Source: Vicugna vicugna | Lineage: Eukaryota | NCBI GenBank assembly: GCA_013265495.1 | Contig: MU057701.1 | Coordinates: forward strand, 1,488,001-1,531,607 | Reading direction: 5' to 3' | Length of the DNA stretch: 43,607 nucleotides | Shown here: piece after piece, positions 13,066 to 25,949 of the stretch | Numbering within the stretch: position 1 is the stretch's first letter | Layout of the letters: the number at the start of each line of letters is the position of its first letter | The notes under the pieces: generated by a model | The model's input: only the letters and a program-made list of their open reading frames with translations | The model's database searches: none | What the model was told of the DNA's origin: nothing | Position numbers and translations under genes: made by a program

Positions 13066-14102
13066 GTAAGTTTTCTGATTTGCTTCAGTACCTCCCTTTA
13101 ATTCATTTGCTATATTATTCAATCAGTATTTCTGAAGCTTGTTGCGGGGAGCATGAATTTCAGGTAGAATGAGAGAGATGGAGAGACACAGGAGACACAG
13201 GATGCCTTGCAGGTGCTGTGATAGATGCCTCTGTTGGGGAGGGGAGGTCGGTTCCCTGTGGGGGAGGCGGGGAGGCAATGGTATTAAAAAGCCTTGCTTG
13301 AGATGTAACTTAAGTTGTGTTGTGACCTAGCCTTCCAAAGTCCTCAGGAGGACCCCGGGGTCTTTGGCCCTCTCCCTCTTCATAGTGCTTAGCCATGGAG
13401 AGGATGCACGAACATGACACTCTATTAGAGTGTGTGTGTCGGAGTAGAGGTTGGATAGCACCTCTAAGAGCCTCAAAGGATGCTATGTCCTGGGTGGAGA
13501 AAAGATTCGGCAAGGGGTTGCTGAGTGACTAGCCGTAAGTCAGTCTTTAGCAGGTTAACTTTACCAAAGAGCACCTCAGACCTGCTTCACGGGAGGCCAC
13601 TGATGAGACCTTGACCCATCTCCTTGGCAGGTTCTTTCTCATGTCCAGCTTTCAGAGTCTACTTTCATTGCTTCTTCAAAATAAATGTTTGTTGAACACC
13701 AAAGGTAGATTTGTTCTCCCTGTTTATGTACCGTGCCATGCTATTAAATATTAATTGTTGAAGTTCTCTATACATTTGACTTGGAAACTGACAAGCAGAC
13801 GTGCTGTGTCTTTCTTATTCATTTTACGTTCATCCAGAGTGCTTTGACCAAGGGATGATTTTCTCTTCTGTGATTTTGCACAGGTTTCCCCTTGCAGGTT
13901 GCTTTTCTCCATCCGAGTAGAATGTATGCTGCCCTAAGGATAGTTTCTTATCTGTGGCTAAAATGAAAGCAGTGGGTGGAATTGTCTTACCCCCCCCCCC
14001 CACTTCCCCGCTCCCTGCCAATCACGGCTTTGCATGGCTTTGGTATTTTGTTCTGTGCCCTAGGCTACGATCTATCACTGATACTTACTGCTTAATCTCT
14101 AG

Positions 14103-14175
14103 GCCTGCCTTCCTCCCAGATCCCAATGATGGCAGCCTGTATACGCTCGGGGGCAAGAATAATGAAGGCCTGACG
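14103..14175 (+). CDS. ERN1: ERN1 exon 4 (73 nt), PAFLPDPNDGSLYTLGGKNNEGLT
   Basis: atctctag|GCCTGCC...CTGACG|gtgagt; lies within ORF 13954..14214. Confidence 0.97.
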
Positions 14176-14604
14176 GTGAGTGTATTTAGCTTCTTTGTCC
14201 TCCTGAGGTTCTAGATCACTGACCTTCAACTGTAACTGCGTGTTGAGATCGCTTGAGAGCTTAAAAAAACGAAACAACAACCAAAAAATCCCAGGGATTC
14301 TGAATCAGGTGGTCTTGAGTGAGGCCTGAGCGTCAATATCTTTTCATAGCTTCCTCGGTGAGCTTTTAAATGTACAGCCCAGAGTTCAGAGACCTTGCTC
14401 TAGACCAGCAGGTTCTCATGGCTTAGCCAGCACACTGGAAGGCTATGATACTCCTTTCAGTAACAGGCCTTACTTTAGTGATCCTTAATTTGGGAGGTTG
14501 TATAGTTGGAAACACCGTCCACACCCCCAGCAGACATCCCCTTGTTGAGGGGCTGGGGGTGGGCACGTGATATTCCATTCCCACCTCCGCTTGAGAGTCT
14601 AGAC

Positions 14605-16087
14605 CAGTGCTTCTCAGCCTTGGCTGCACATTGTAATAACCTGGAGAACTCCAAAAAATACCATCTAGGTCCCAATCCCAAAGTCTCCATTTAACAGATC
14701 AAGGATTTTTAAAAAGCTCCCCAGACAAGAGAATTTAGAAATGGTCCTATATAGATGGTCACCTGATTTGTGACAAAGGTGACAGACTCTGCAGTGCAGT
14801 GGGGAAGGACGGTCTTTTCAGTAAATGGTATGAGTTAACTGGGATCTCCATATGGAAAAAAATCTTGGCTCCTACCTCACACCAGCCACACAAAACTCAG
14901 TTCCAGATAGACTGCAAATCTAGGTGTGAAATGTGCAGCCAAGCTTTAAGAAAAAGGAAGAGTACAACATTTTCATGACCTTAGAGCAGGTAAAGATTTT
15001 TAAAATTAGAGACAATAAAACAACAGACCCTACACTAACCATAAAAGAAAAATTGATATATTGGGTTTTATTAAAATTAAGAATTTTTCTTCATTAAGAG
15101 ACACCATTAAGAGAGGCAGGCCACAATGTATTTGCGATACACATATTCAACAGAGGATTCATATTCAGAATATGTAAAGAATTCCTATGGTTTATTTTTA
15201 AAAGACAAACCAATAGAAAAATAGAAAAACCAGCAAAAGAGGATATCCAAATGGTCAACAAACATATGAAAAGATGGTCCATAGGGAAAGGCAGATTTTT
15301 AAATGCACATAAATAAAACATCACAGTGTCATACTACTACCCACTCACTAGAATGGCTAAAACGAGAAAAGTGGAAAAAGAAAACAGGCGTTGGGGTGCA
15401 GTAGAGTAACCAGGACTCCTGTCCACTGCTGGTGGAAGTACAAATGGGTGTAACCAGTTTGGAAAACTGTTTGGTAGTATCCGTCAAAGCCTCATGACCC
15501 AGTAATCCCCTCCCAGGTTATATACCCAACAGAAATGTGTGTATATATTCACCAAAGACATGCACCCAAATGTACTTTGCCTGTTTATGATAACCACCAA
15601 GTGAACACTACCCAAATGACATGGGTAATAAATGGGATAAGTAAGTTACGGAATAGTCCTAGAATTTAATAGTCTACACCAGTGAGAACAGACAATCTGT
15701 GACTCTGCACAACATACATGAACCTCACCAGCAGAAGGCTTGGATAAAAGACCAGCGAGAAAGGCTGCACACTGAGTGATTCACTTTTATGGAGCGTGAG
15801 GACAGGAAAAACTAGTCTATGCTGTTTGGCGGTTAGGATGATGGTTTATTACCTGAGGTGGGTAGGGGGCAGCGGTTGTGACTGGAAGAGAAGGCAAGAA
15901 GGGGGCTTTCAGAGTGCTGAAAATGTCCCGTTTCTTCATCTGGCGCTGGTTGCAGGGGTGCATTTTCTCTTTGCAAAATTTAACGAGCCATACACTTACG
16001 TGAGCTCTGTTTGTAGGCTCTGCTTCAGTAAAAGGTTGTAAAAAGCTCTGCGTGATTCCCATGTGCAGCCAAGTTTGTGAACCACTG
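14605..16087. mobile_element. MER5A-like hAT-Charlie MITE split by an L1 insertion
   Basis: TIR-like ends cagtgcttctca (14605) and tgaaccactg (16087); 8-bp TSD gtctagac/gtctagat. Confidence 0.75.
14725..16039 (+). mobile_element. Old LINE-1 (ORF2 3' part and 3' UTR), about 1.3 kb, nested in the MER5-like element
   Basis: Degenerate L1 ORF2 motifs (gacaaaggtgac...ggtcttttcagtaaatggt, ttaaaattaagaa, aaacatatgaaaagatg); flanked by direct repeat taaaaagctc at 14710 and 16039. Confidence 0.8.
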
Positions 16088-17485
16088 GTCTAGATCATAA
16101 GTGTCCTGTGAGTTCTAGTTTGGGTATTTCAGAATTATTTTATGAAGACTTTGTATAAAGTGTCTCATTCTAACATCTCAGCAGCCCTCTGGGATATAGG
16201 AGTTATCTCCACATTAGAGGTATGGGAAACTGCCCATCTAGGTGGAGGAATGTGCCCAAGGCCACGGCGTCAGGGGTTGGGGTGGGGGAGGCTCCCAAGA
16301 GCTCCACCTTCCGAAGGACCCTCTTATCACCACCCGAAAGCCTCCCTATGCTGTGACTTAGCCGCTCCGGGAACAGTGAGTTTCCAGCTTGGGCCTTGAA
16401 TCAGGAGGCCCAAGGCAGCCGTGCTCAGCGGACCCCACAGCACTCCAGGCTGGAAGCCTTATGACAACTTTCTGATCCTATGAAACATCTGTTGGAAAGC
16501 TAGTCATTGCAGCCTCTCCGTGGCGTTGTTTTCCTTTTCGAAGGCTTAGTTTCAATGTTGGGTTGATGAGAAAATCCACACGTTATTGGTTATTTAAAGT
16601 TCTGTTTATTAAAGCTAGAGAAAAATCTTTACTTTCATGGACAAAAAGGTGACAGTGTCATAGAAGCAGGCATCTACAGGACAGTTTCAAGAACACAGAA
16701 TGTTCCAAAAATAAAGTATTCTGAAACAAACATCGGCCAGAAGAACTTGTCAGATGTCAGCTGTAGACTCAGAAGAATCGGTTTTGTGATGAAATGCAGT
16801 TGAAACATGTGGATTGCCCTGAGTTTCTTTTCCTGGCACCTACCATAACTTCCTTTTCATACCCAAAGGCCCAGTTTTATTTTGTTTTTCAGTAGAGAAT
16901 TATTTGCTGAAGAATTATCAGAACTTCTTTTCCCACCTTGAACTCCTGTGTTGCCCACAAAGTGACTCCTTTCCCTCGGGGCTTCAGCTGGGCACCCAGG
17001 CTGCTTCTCTTCACAGCAGTCTCAGGGCTCCCTTCCACCCCAAAGAGCGTTTTCTATTCTGTCTGTCCGGCTCTGGAACGATTTTCCAAGACAGGAGAAT
17101 TCTTTCTGTCCCTGCTGCCCCCAAATTTCAAAGATTCTGTAACTCTCCATATTTGTGTGTCTTTTCAGCAAAGTTTGTGTCATCCCCAGAAGTGCTCTGG
17201 ACCAGCAATTTTGAGGCACTTGTGGAAGAAAGGAAGTTAGCATTTACAGTGCCCAGGTCCTGGGAGCCGAGGGCTTGTCGCAAGTGGCTGGGGGAGCCTG
17301 GGGTACCCCTTCTCCTTGGTTTCTAGTTAGGAACACTCCCCTCTACCATCAAGAATGTTTCTCTCTTTTTAGCAGAATTGGGTAACAGAAACAATGTGTG
17401 CAGTAAAATTGTAATAATTGCACAAGACTTGGTTAACTTCTTTTTCCCTTTGCCTTTTCTTTTCTTTCTTTCTTGTTTTTAAAAG

Positions 17486-17558
17486 AAACTTCCCTTTACA
17501 ATCCCGGAGTTGGTGCAGGCATCCCCATGCCGAAGTTCAGATGGAATCCTCTACATGG
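17486..17558 (+). CDS. ERN1: ERN1 exon 5 (73 nt), [24 protein letters not shown](G)
   Basis: Long pyrimidine tract then tttttaaaag|AAACTTCCC...TACATGG|gtaaga (AAG acceptor). Confidence 0.97.
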
Positions 17559-19689
17559 GTAAGAGTTCCTGTTTTCCCCACTGCAAAACTTTGATCCCAT
17601 TGAAAATGAACCCCAGAGTCTGGGAAAGTGGCGTGTTGGAGGGAGGTGTGCACTCACCCCCCCCACCAGCCCTTCTGGGAAAGGTCTTTTTTGCCTCCCT
17701 TGTGCTGGTTCACGCCAGGATCAGCTGACCAATTAAGAAAGGGTTCCCCCCGCTTGGGAGCAGACGTGACACCAGTAATATGGTTACTCATTTAACAAGC
17801 TTTCAGCTGCTGTGTTGACCTACCCCTGCGATTCAAAGATTGCAACATACCCAGAGCAACTGGATGAAATTTAAAGTGAATACAATAGTCTGAGCCAAGA
17901 AAGGGAAGCCAGGCCCTGCCTATTAATTATAGGGCTTTCTTAGTATTTCCTGCTATCAGAATATTGGGTAAAAACAGCACTTAACAGCTTGCTTAGATAA
18001 GCTGCCTTCATACCTACAGAGGTCACATCTTTCTAAGCATCAGATCACGTGCTTTTCTTTTACCACGTTGCTGCCAAAATGTCAATAAAAATGTATTTGT
18101 AGCACAAAGGAGAGCTGTATTTATCTTGAAAGTGTAGTAGTAATAATGTTCTGTATTCATAAAGCAGCTTTCTTTCTGAAGAACTGAAAGCGCTTGTTGC
18201 CTGTTCATCCCTCGGGAGCTGTGTCTGTTTCTGGGCCTCAAGCACAGACCGGATTTTAAGTTTTTGGCAAAGGAGACTGGTGCTCCTGCTTCCTTCCACA
18301 CCTTCAGAATGAGGAAGCCCCCAGCCCGGGGAGTCAGAGGAAGTGATCAGCACAGGCTTTCTCTCTTCTTTGGGCCGTGCCCCGGGCCCATCGGAGCGTC
18401 TCACCATCCTTGTCAAGTTTCTGTCTGGGCGTCCAGCTTTGGCCCGCAGTCCATCACTTAGGGTGCGTTAAAAGTTGTTGCTGTTGCCCAGTCCATCCAT
18501 TGAAGTGGTACCTGAGTTAGCAGACTCTGACGGTCCTTTAGATAACAGAAGGGTGCCACGGCAGATGGAAAGGGGTTCTGGTCACAGCTGTTTGGTGACG
18601 TTTTCTCTCTATCTTCGTATCTCTTTCATGTTAAGATTTTGTCGTTGAGAACGGAGAGTTATGATCCACAGACAAGTTTCAGGCGAGTGGACTGGGCATG
18701 TATGCTACATCTGTTAGGACTAAGTGTAGCTTTAGCGAATTCTAAAGCCCCATGATCTTGCTGACATCTCAGTATTCTGCTTTCAAGAGTCCCTTGAAAT
18801 AGGAAACTTTTGGCCAATAACATAGGAAAAGACAACTGACCAGAAGTCTTGCCTTACAAAGCAGAAGTGTGCCCATCAGGGTGAATGTATTGGCCTTCAG
18901 GCGCTAACTGTATTTATGTTGAAATCTTAGTGGTAATTATATCCTGTGTTTATAAAGCAGCTTTCTTAGGAACTTGCCATCAGCCGGATGCTCTGTATAC
19001 ATAAGCCTTGGAATTTATGCTTTCAGTTTTCCTAATCGTGTTATTTGGCCACACTCTCTACCTGTTTATACCTTTTAATCAGCCGACCGAGGTGACAGGG
19101 TAGTGTGTGGCTGGGGAGTCACGTACTGGCGGGGGTCACAGGCTGAGCTAACTTTGGCCTCACTTGCGCCAGGCTGCCACCAGCTCTGCCGCCTCGTCAC
19201 AGGTACCAGCTCATTAGAGCTGTAAATGGTAACTGTAGATCTTCTTTACATGAGGGCTCATTAGTAGGGCTGTTGAGATATATGGATGATGGTTACCAGA
19301 GAGATGAACCCCTGGGTACCTTTCTGGATTTATATAGATCCTAGTCTGTGGAAAAAGGATTGTCGTTATAACCCAGATTCTTCTAATTTAAGGCCACTCA
19401 TCAAAGCAATAAAACCTGTGAGGTATTATGTTATTAGGCTTGGAGAAATTTTTATACCATGACTAGGTTATTAACTGGTTATAAGACTCACTGGCCCGAG
19501 AAGTTTTATTATCTCCACATTACCATTAACCTCATCACCCTCAGAGCATCATAGAAATGTCTTTGACATCGTAAGAATTTCAGGCCTGTCTCTCAGCTCA
19601 AGAGAACACCTGGGGCTACTAGTTTGGTAGTGATTTTTTTTTTTCAATGTTGGGCGAATGTAAACCAGTGTGTCCTTGTGACCTTTCAG

Positions 19690-19812
19690 GTAAAAAGCAG
19701 GACATTTGGTATGTTATTGACCTCCTGACCGGGGAGAAGCAGCAGACTTTGTCATCGGCCTTTGCAGATAGTCTGTGCCCGTCAACCTCTCTTCTGTACC
19801 TTGGGCGAACAG
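19690..19812 (+). CDS. ERN1: ERN1 exon 6 (123 nt), (G)KKQDIWYVIDLLTGEKQQTLSSAFADSLCPSTSLLYLGRT(E)
   Basis: acctttcag|GTAAAAAG...CGAACAG|gtaagg; lies within ORF 19647..19970. Confidence 0.97.
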
Positions 19813-20149
19813 GTAAGGAGGAACCTTTTGTCATGTACAACCTACCTGTTTGCAAAAAAGGACCTGAAGTAGCCTCCCCTTGGGTCTCTGCCTCTGGGCT
19901 TCATTCTCCAGAAGGTGGCCAGACCTGTCTTCTCCACATGCAGATTTTACCCCGTTGTGCCACTTTATAAGCCCCCTACAGAGGCTCCCCATTGCCCCAG
20001 GATTATGGTCCAAACTGCACCGCAGCCCACAAAGCCAGTGATGTAGCTGCTCCTCCTCCATCTCCTCCCTCACTGCACTTCCCTCACGTTGACATTTTCC
20101 AGGCAGGGCGAACTACCTGCAGTTTCCAGAATAAGCGGTGCTGTTTTAA

Positions 20150-20590
20150 AAAACTTGGAGTCGTAGGTCCATCTCTACCAGGCACCCACATTTTTGCCTG
20201 TTTGGCCGGTGTCCACTCTTCTTCCCAACGCTGCTCAAAAGGCACCCTCTCTGTGAAGCCTCCCTAACCTCACAGCCGCATCCCCCCTACCCCCTAGCCC
20301 AGGGACAGCAGCCCTCCCATCCTCCACGCACTGCCCATCACTGGCCCTTTATGGGCATCGCAACCTCTTCGCTGCACCGTTTCCCATCTCGTCTCTTTTC
20401 AGCCTCCTCCTCCTTCTCAACACTTGACAGTGCATGTTTCTAAGTGATATTTGCCTATTTTCTGCCTCCCCCACTAGACTGTCAGCTTCCTAAGAGCAGG
20501 ACCTGGTCTTGTGCACCTGCCGAGTCTCCAGCGGGCTCAGTGCTGGCCCACTGGGTGCTCAGAGGCTGCAACGAGTGAGTGGGTGGCCCA
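20150..20590 (+). mobile_element. LINE-2 3' fragment
   Basis: ctcccccactagactgtcagcttcctaagagcaggacctggtcttg...gggtgctcag; boundaries approximate. Confidence 0.6.
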
Positions 20591-21164
20591 GGGATCCACC
20601 TCACTCCCTTCATGAGTGCAGCACCTGGCCTGTACCAGTACCCCGTAAAGACTGTGGAACCAACCGTGAAAATAGAGCTGAAGAGGGAAGCAAGAAAATG
20701 TTTAGTATGAAAAAACTACCAAAATCCTAGGATAAGATCGTTATAACTGAGCACTAAATCTAGGTCTAAACGTTCAGGTAGCCAAGTCTTTTAAAAGAAG
20801 AGAGACAGAATCTTCCTTCAGGTGCTGTGGGAAACAGTGCTTTTGTAAACATGAGGGAGACTAGTTTTGGGCCCTGGAAACTGCCTGGGCTCTCCTGCAA
20901 CCAGTGAGGGTTGGCGGGTGTTTCTCTTAAAACTGTGGGACCCTCCACTTACTCCCACCCCCTGGTAAGAATCAAGTATTCCAACTGTAGTGGCCACTTA
21001 GGGTTGGTCGGTTTGTTTACTGTTTCCATCAAGTAAAGCCTTGTAGTGGCTCCACCTTCACCCAGGAATAAACAGTCTTTGCTTCTCGGGTAGAACTGCG
21101 GTGTCCGAGGGAGCTGGGCTGCGCTGGCGCTGGGTGGAGCGTGTGTGCGCAGGTGTGGAAAGCT

Positions 21165-23050
21165 GTCTGTTGTTTTCACTGTCTGTTGCTGCGTTACAAA
21201 CCACCCTAACTTAGTGGCTTTAACACTGACATTTTACTGCTCACAGTTCCATGGGTCAGGAATTTGGGAAGGGCTCTGCAGGGATGGTTGGCCTCCCCTC
21301 CACAGACTGCTGGCTGGGCTCTCTCAGATGTCTGGGGCCTTGGTTCAGCTCCACGCAGATAGCCTGGCGACTGAGTTCGCCTCTTGAGTAAAAGTGGACG
21401 TTACGATGCCTCAAAGGCCTGGGCTCGGGAGTCCTGAAATTTCACTTTCACTGCGGTCTGTTGGTCAAAGCAAGTCAAGAGGCCAGCCCAGAATCAAGGG
21501 AACGGGTGGGGAAAGAGACCCAGCCTCTTAATGGGAAGACTGACAGGTGCATTACAGGGATGAGAGGATTGGGGGCGGTGATCTTTGCAGACACTGCCAC
21601 TGGTTCTGGTTGTGATAGTTCACAACCCTCCCACATGTAGCATATACTCACTCCTCCCCAGGACTCTCAGAGGCCAGGCACAGCAGGGGCTCAAATTCCC
21701 TACCTTGTGATCCACATCAGGTTTGGAAGTGGGTGAGGCTCCTCTTGATCTGGAGACCTGTGAATTAAAGAGACACATTATCTCTCCCCCAACCCCACCT
21801 CTTCCCTCCCCTCCATCATACAATGCTGAGACAGTAGGAGCCCTGCAGAAAACTGTCCCATTCAAAAAGGGAAGGAAAGAGTGCCACGTAGCAGTCCCTG
21901 GTCCTTAGTGGTTCTGGAATCCAGCCAGGCACTTGTTTTCGGGTTCCCCTACTCTGAAGTGGGGGAAGATTCCTTCACTAGGGCCCAGTCTTGCTCTCTG
22001 GAATTGGTTCCCCAGAAATTCTTAGCAGCGTGGTCCTTCCCTCTGAGAAGGCCTCTCTCTTCCATAAGAAAGAGTTAGGATTATGTCGCTTTCTCAATCT
22101 GTTCCTTGTCCATTGAAAGCTGGGACTATAGAGGCTTCCCCACCCCGCAACTTTTGACTGTCTCTGGTTTTTTCAGTCCATGCTGATGTTACTCCTTGAA
22201 AAAATCTTTATGGGCTTCCTGTGTGTCACATTACAGTCTACTCCGTTAGATAAAGCCATAGCCACAAACCCCTCTCCTCTGAGGTTTGGGGCAGCACTCT
22301 TACCTAGCAGAGGGTCTGTGAAGGACCACCTAAATCCTTCTGAGGTCTTACAGCCTCACCTTTGGTTTGATCTTGACCCCGACACCATTTTTCACTGGTA
22401 GTACCTGAACTTGATCTTTGCCCTAAGACCATTTTTTACGCTGAGAATCTTTTCCAACTGGAGCATCAGTCCCGGACCCTCTACATTTCCTCTGTACTCA
22501 GCCTGAACACCAAATGGTTTCTTTTTTAGTTTACCTGCCTTGCACCATAATGTATTCAGTTAAGAGAAACCATTTGGCGCCTTCTACATTCTGCCTGGAC
22601 ATCTCCTTCGCCAGATCCACAAGTTCATTCGGTGCTTTCTTTCTGTTTTCCAAGTTACTGCAAGTTACTAATCGTGTCATCACAGCCTAACCTGGGTCAC
22701 CGTTTTCAGCTTCCAGGATCAGGATCCTTACTGCTCTTCTGGCCTCCATCTGCCGCCCAGTCCCAAAGTCAGTGCCATCTGTTTTAGGCTTTTGTTACGG
22801 CACCATCCCATGTCTTGGTGCCAATTTCTGATGTCAGCTCTTTATCGCTATATAATAAACCCCCAAAAACGTTAAGTGGCTTAAAACAACACCGTGACAT
22901 TGCTCATGATTCTGTGAGTCTTGACTTCAAGGGCACAGCTCAGGTGGCTTGTCTCTGCTGCTGACTGGGTTCACTCATGTGTCAGGGACTCTGTTTTCCT
23001 CCACATGGCTTTTCTCTCTCCACATGGATGGCCTGGACTTTTTTACATGC
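21165..23050 (-). mobile_element. MaLR (MLT1-family) provirus remnant, LTR-internal-LTR
   Basis: Two related LTR segments (about 21165-21600 and 22829-23050; ttacaaaccaccctaacttagtggcttt versus aataaacccccaaaaacgttaagtggcttaaaacaac) flank about 1.2 kb of internal sequence; the junction tcttggtgccaatttc|tg resembles the MaLR LTR/internal boundary. Confidence 0.7.
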
Positions 23051-23147
23051 GATTTAGGGAGGATTTGTCTGTTGTGACTTAGATGAGGTCAGCAGCTCCG
23101 CAGGCGCCGCGGCCCCTCCGGGTAACAGGCTGGTGTGTGTTCCCCAG

Positions 23148-23249
23148 AGTACACCATCACCATGTACGACACCAAGACCCGCGAGCTGCGGTGGAACGCC
23201 ACCTACTTCGACTACGCGGCCGCGCTGCCCGAGGACGACGGGGACTACA
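23148..23249 (+). CDS. ERN1: ERN1 exon 7 (102 nt), (E)YTITMYDTKTRELRWNATYFDYAAALPEDDGDY(K)
   Basis: ttccccag|AGTACACC...GACTACA|gtaagt; contains the N-glycosylation sequon NAT. Confidence 0.97.
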
Positions 23250-24116
23250 GTAAGTTCCCCCAGGTGGCCTGGGTGCATGTGACCTACGGGGAAACCAGGG
23301 CTGCAGAAACCTGGATTTCCTCTTAAGCTGCTCTTGGCCACCAGGTTCAGGACTTGCCGGACTTGCCATGGATTTGTAGTAAGTACTTCAGCAGTCAGTG
23401 TTGAAGGCAGGGGCCTGGGAGACAGGTGTGGAGGGGACCCGGGTGAAACGGTAGCGAGTTTAGCCTGAGAGGAGGGAGGACACACTTTATTGAGTCCCTC
23501 TGTGTCACAGAAGGAATGGACTTCGAGCCCATGACAAACAGAATTGAACATCAGCTTGTGACATTAACCTCCTGCTCCCTAAGTGTGCTCATCCCCCACT
23601 TGTTTCTCTCGTGAACATTCCCCCAACTCAAATGAAAGCTGAGAGCCAGTTTTGCCGTCTTAGCACTGGCACCTGAGCGTCTGACAGAAATCTCTGTGGT
23701 CACATGTGGGCAGCGTCAGTGCTCAGCTCTGACTTTCAGCTTGACCGGTGGGTTCGAGGTGGTTGCTGTACAATGCCAGGTTCACAGGATTGCCATCGGT
23801 TCCTTTCTCCTCAATATTTATTCTCACTAACTGAAGAGAATGCTGTCACCAAGTGAAGAGGGAACATTACCAAGCAAACTGCCTTCGAGAGGGCGGTCCT
23901 CTCTTATGTTTATAAACTGGGCAGTGCTCAGTGTCTTGATACCAGAGAGCGTGAGCGAGTTCGTTGGAAACAAGTGAACTTGTTCGGAGGCGATCTGAGA
24001 GTGCTCCAGAAGGCTGGTTTCCTTTAGCTGAGTGACTGCAACTTGTCAGGAGAGCAGAGGATGTGGTTGCAAGGTGGGGTGAGACTCGACATGCTGTGTT
24101 TATCTGATCTGTACAG

Positions 24117-24378
24117 AAATGTCCCACTTTGTGTCCAATGGCGATGGGCTGGTGGTAACTGTGGATAGTGAATCTGGAGACGTCCTGTGGATCCAGAACT
24201 ATGCTTCCCCCGTGGTGGCCTTCTACATCTGGCAGCGGGAGGGCCTGCGGAAGGTGATGCACATCAATGTTGCTGTGGAGACCCTGCGCTACCTGACCTT
24301 CATGTCTGGGGAGGTGGGGCGCATCACCAAGTGGAAGTATCCATTCCCCAAGGAGACGGAGGCCAAGAGCAAGCTGAC
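24117..24378 (+). CDS. ERN1: ERN1 exon 8 (262 nt), (K)MSHFVSNGDG...KETEAKSKL(T)
   Basis: ctgtacag|AAATGTCC...AAGCTGAC|gtgagt; matches ORF 24119..24382. Confidence 0.98.
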
Positions 24379-25635
24379 GTGAGTCGGGGGACTCAGGGCA
24401 GGAGAGGGCAGCTGTGACCATGGTGTTCTGGTCCTGCAGCGGCAGCATGGCAAACGCCGGGGGTCAGGGCTCAGGGTGGGAATCCCTGAAGCCATGAAAG
24501 ATAGAAAGAGCCAAGCCCTGCTGGTTCAGAAACCTCAGAATCTAAGAACTGGGCACCCCTTGATGCTTCAGATCTTTGAATATTAAATAAGTTAAAATTA
24601 TGGGTGGGGATAAGAAAGAGACTGCCAGTGTAACTGTATTACAATCTGGACATCTCTCAGGTGGTGGGAATATAAGAGATGTATTTATTCTTTAACTTTC
24701 TATATTTTCTAAATTTTTATTGTAAGTTATATTTTCTTTAAAAAATCAGAGGAGAAAAGGGTTAGGGTGCAAGTGTCTGTGACTCAGCAGGCCGGCGCTA
24801 TCCACCCGCACCTGTTGATAGCCCGTAACTTGGCCGCTTAGCCTTGCCGAGCCTGTTTCCCGTTTGCCGAGCTATGGGGAAGGTCACATGAGATAAGGTG
24901 CACGACAGCGTTCTCTGAGCGGTACAGCCCCAGTCAGCTGTAAGGTGTTTGTTAAGAGAGGTTTAGAGAATTTAGTAGGTGACCCACCCCAGACTGGCTA
25001 TTGACAGTAGCCAGCTGGTGTGTCGCCCTGCGTTCTCACGCTGACAGCCACAGATAAAGCCAGACACCCCGTCCCATGCCCCAGAGAGGGGCAGACCACC
25101 CACCAGAAGTCTCACCCAGTTTGGAATCTCCTGTGCATCTGCTTTGCTTCAGGGTCCAAATCACAGCAGTTGACTGTCTCTCAGTGCTTCTGTAGAAGTT
25201 GTAGAATCTTTAGGAATCACAAGACATTTTGGTGCGGGTGCTGGTGGCAGCTCAGTTGCCAGGGCCGTCTTGGAGGCCGTGCGGTGGTTGCGAGCTTTCA
25301 GTCTCTCCTGGATGATGGCTGCACGTGGCCCTTTCTGCGGGCTTTCCAGGCATAGTCTAGTGCAGCCCTGCCATTTGCAGATGAGGAGACCAAGGCTGGC
25401 AGCCAGGTGGCTTGTGTGTGCTTTGCAGACAGGCAGTGACAGTGGGGCCTGCAGTCCACTTCTCCTGGTTCCCAGGGCAGGGACCTTCACACCCCCATGA
25501 CTCTGAGCTCAGGGGCTAATGTGACTTTTCCTGGGGATGGTATTTGGGGCTGTGATACTTCTTTCTAAAAATCCCCCTTTTGTGAGATCCAGAAATTAAA
25601 TGACAGTGGAATGCATTTATCTGTCTGTCTCCTAG

Positions 25636-25714
25636 GCCCACCCTGTACGTTGGGAAGTACTCCACCAGCCTCTATGCTTCCCCCTCAATGGTACATGAGG
25701 GGGTCGCTGTTGTG
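25636..25714 (+). CDS. ERN1: ERN1 exon 9 (79 nt), PTLYVGKYSTSLYASPSMVHEGVAVV
   Basis: tctcctag|GCCCACC...GTTGTG|gtaagt. Confidence 0.97.
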
Positions 25715-25828
25715 GTAAGTCCACTATAGGGGCCCTCAGATGCCTCACCACGCGTGCTCCATTTTAGCAAAGAATGACTGAATTATATATGAACATCCTG
25801 TTAGTTACGGATGCACGACACAAAGCTT

Positions 25829-25949
25829 TTTTTGGGGGGGTAGCAATTAGGTTTACGTATTTATTTTTGGAGGAGGTGCTAGGGCTTGAACCCAGGACCT
25901 CATGCATGCTAAGCACGCACTCTACCGCTTGAGCTATATACCCTCTCCT
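25829..25949 (-). mobile_element. tRNA-Ala-derived SINE (Vic-1-like), full length
   Basis: Minus strand has A and B boxes and the acctaattgctacccccc tail; 15-bp TSD with 2 mismatches (cacgacacaaagctt 25814-25828, cacgacacacatctt 25950-25964). Confidence 0.9.

Noticed and set aside
23867..24448. 193-aa antisense ORF over exon 8 (similar ones overlap exons 7, 13, 15 and 18)
   Set aside because: Antisense shadow ORFs are expected from the GC3-rich codon usage of the real exons.
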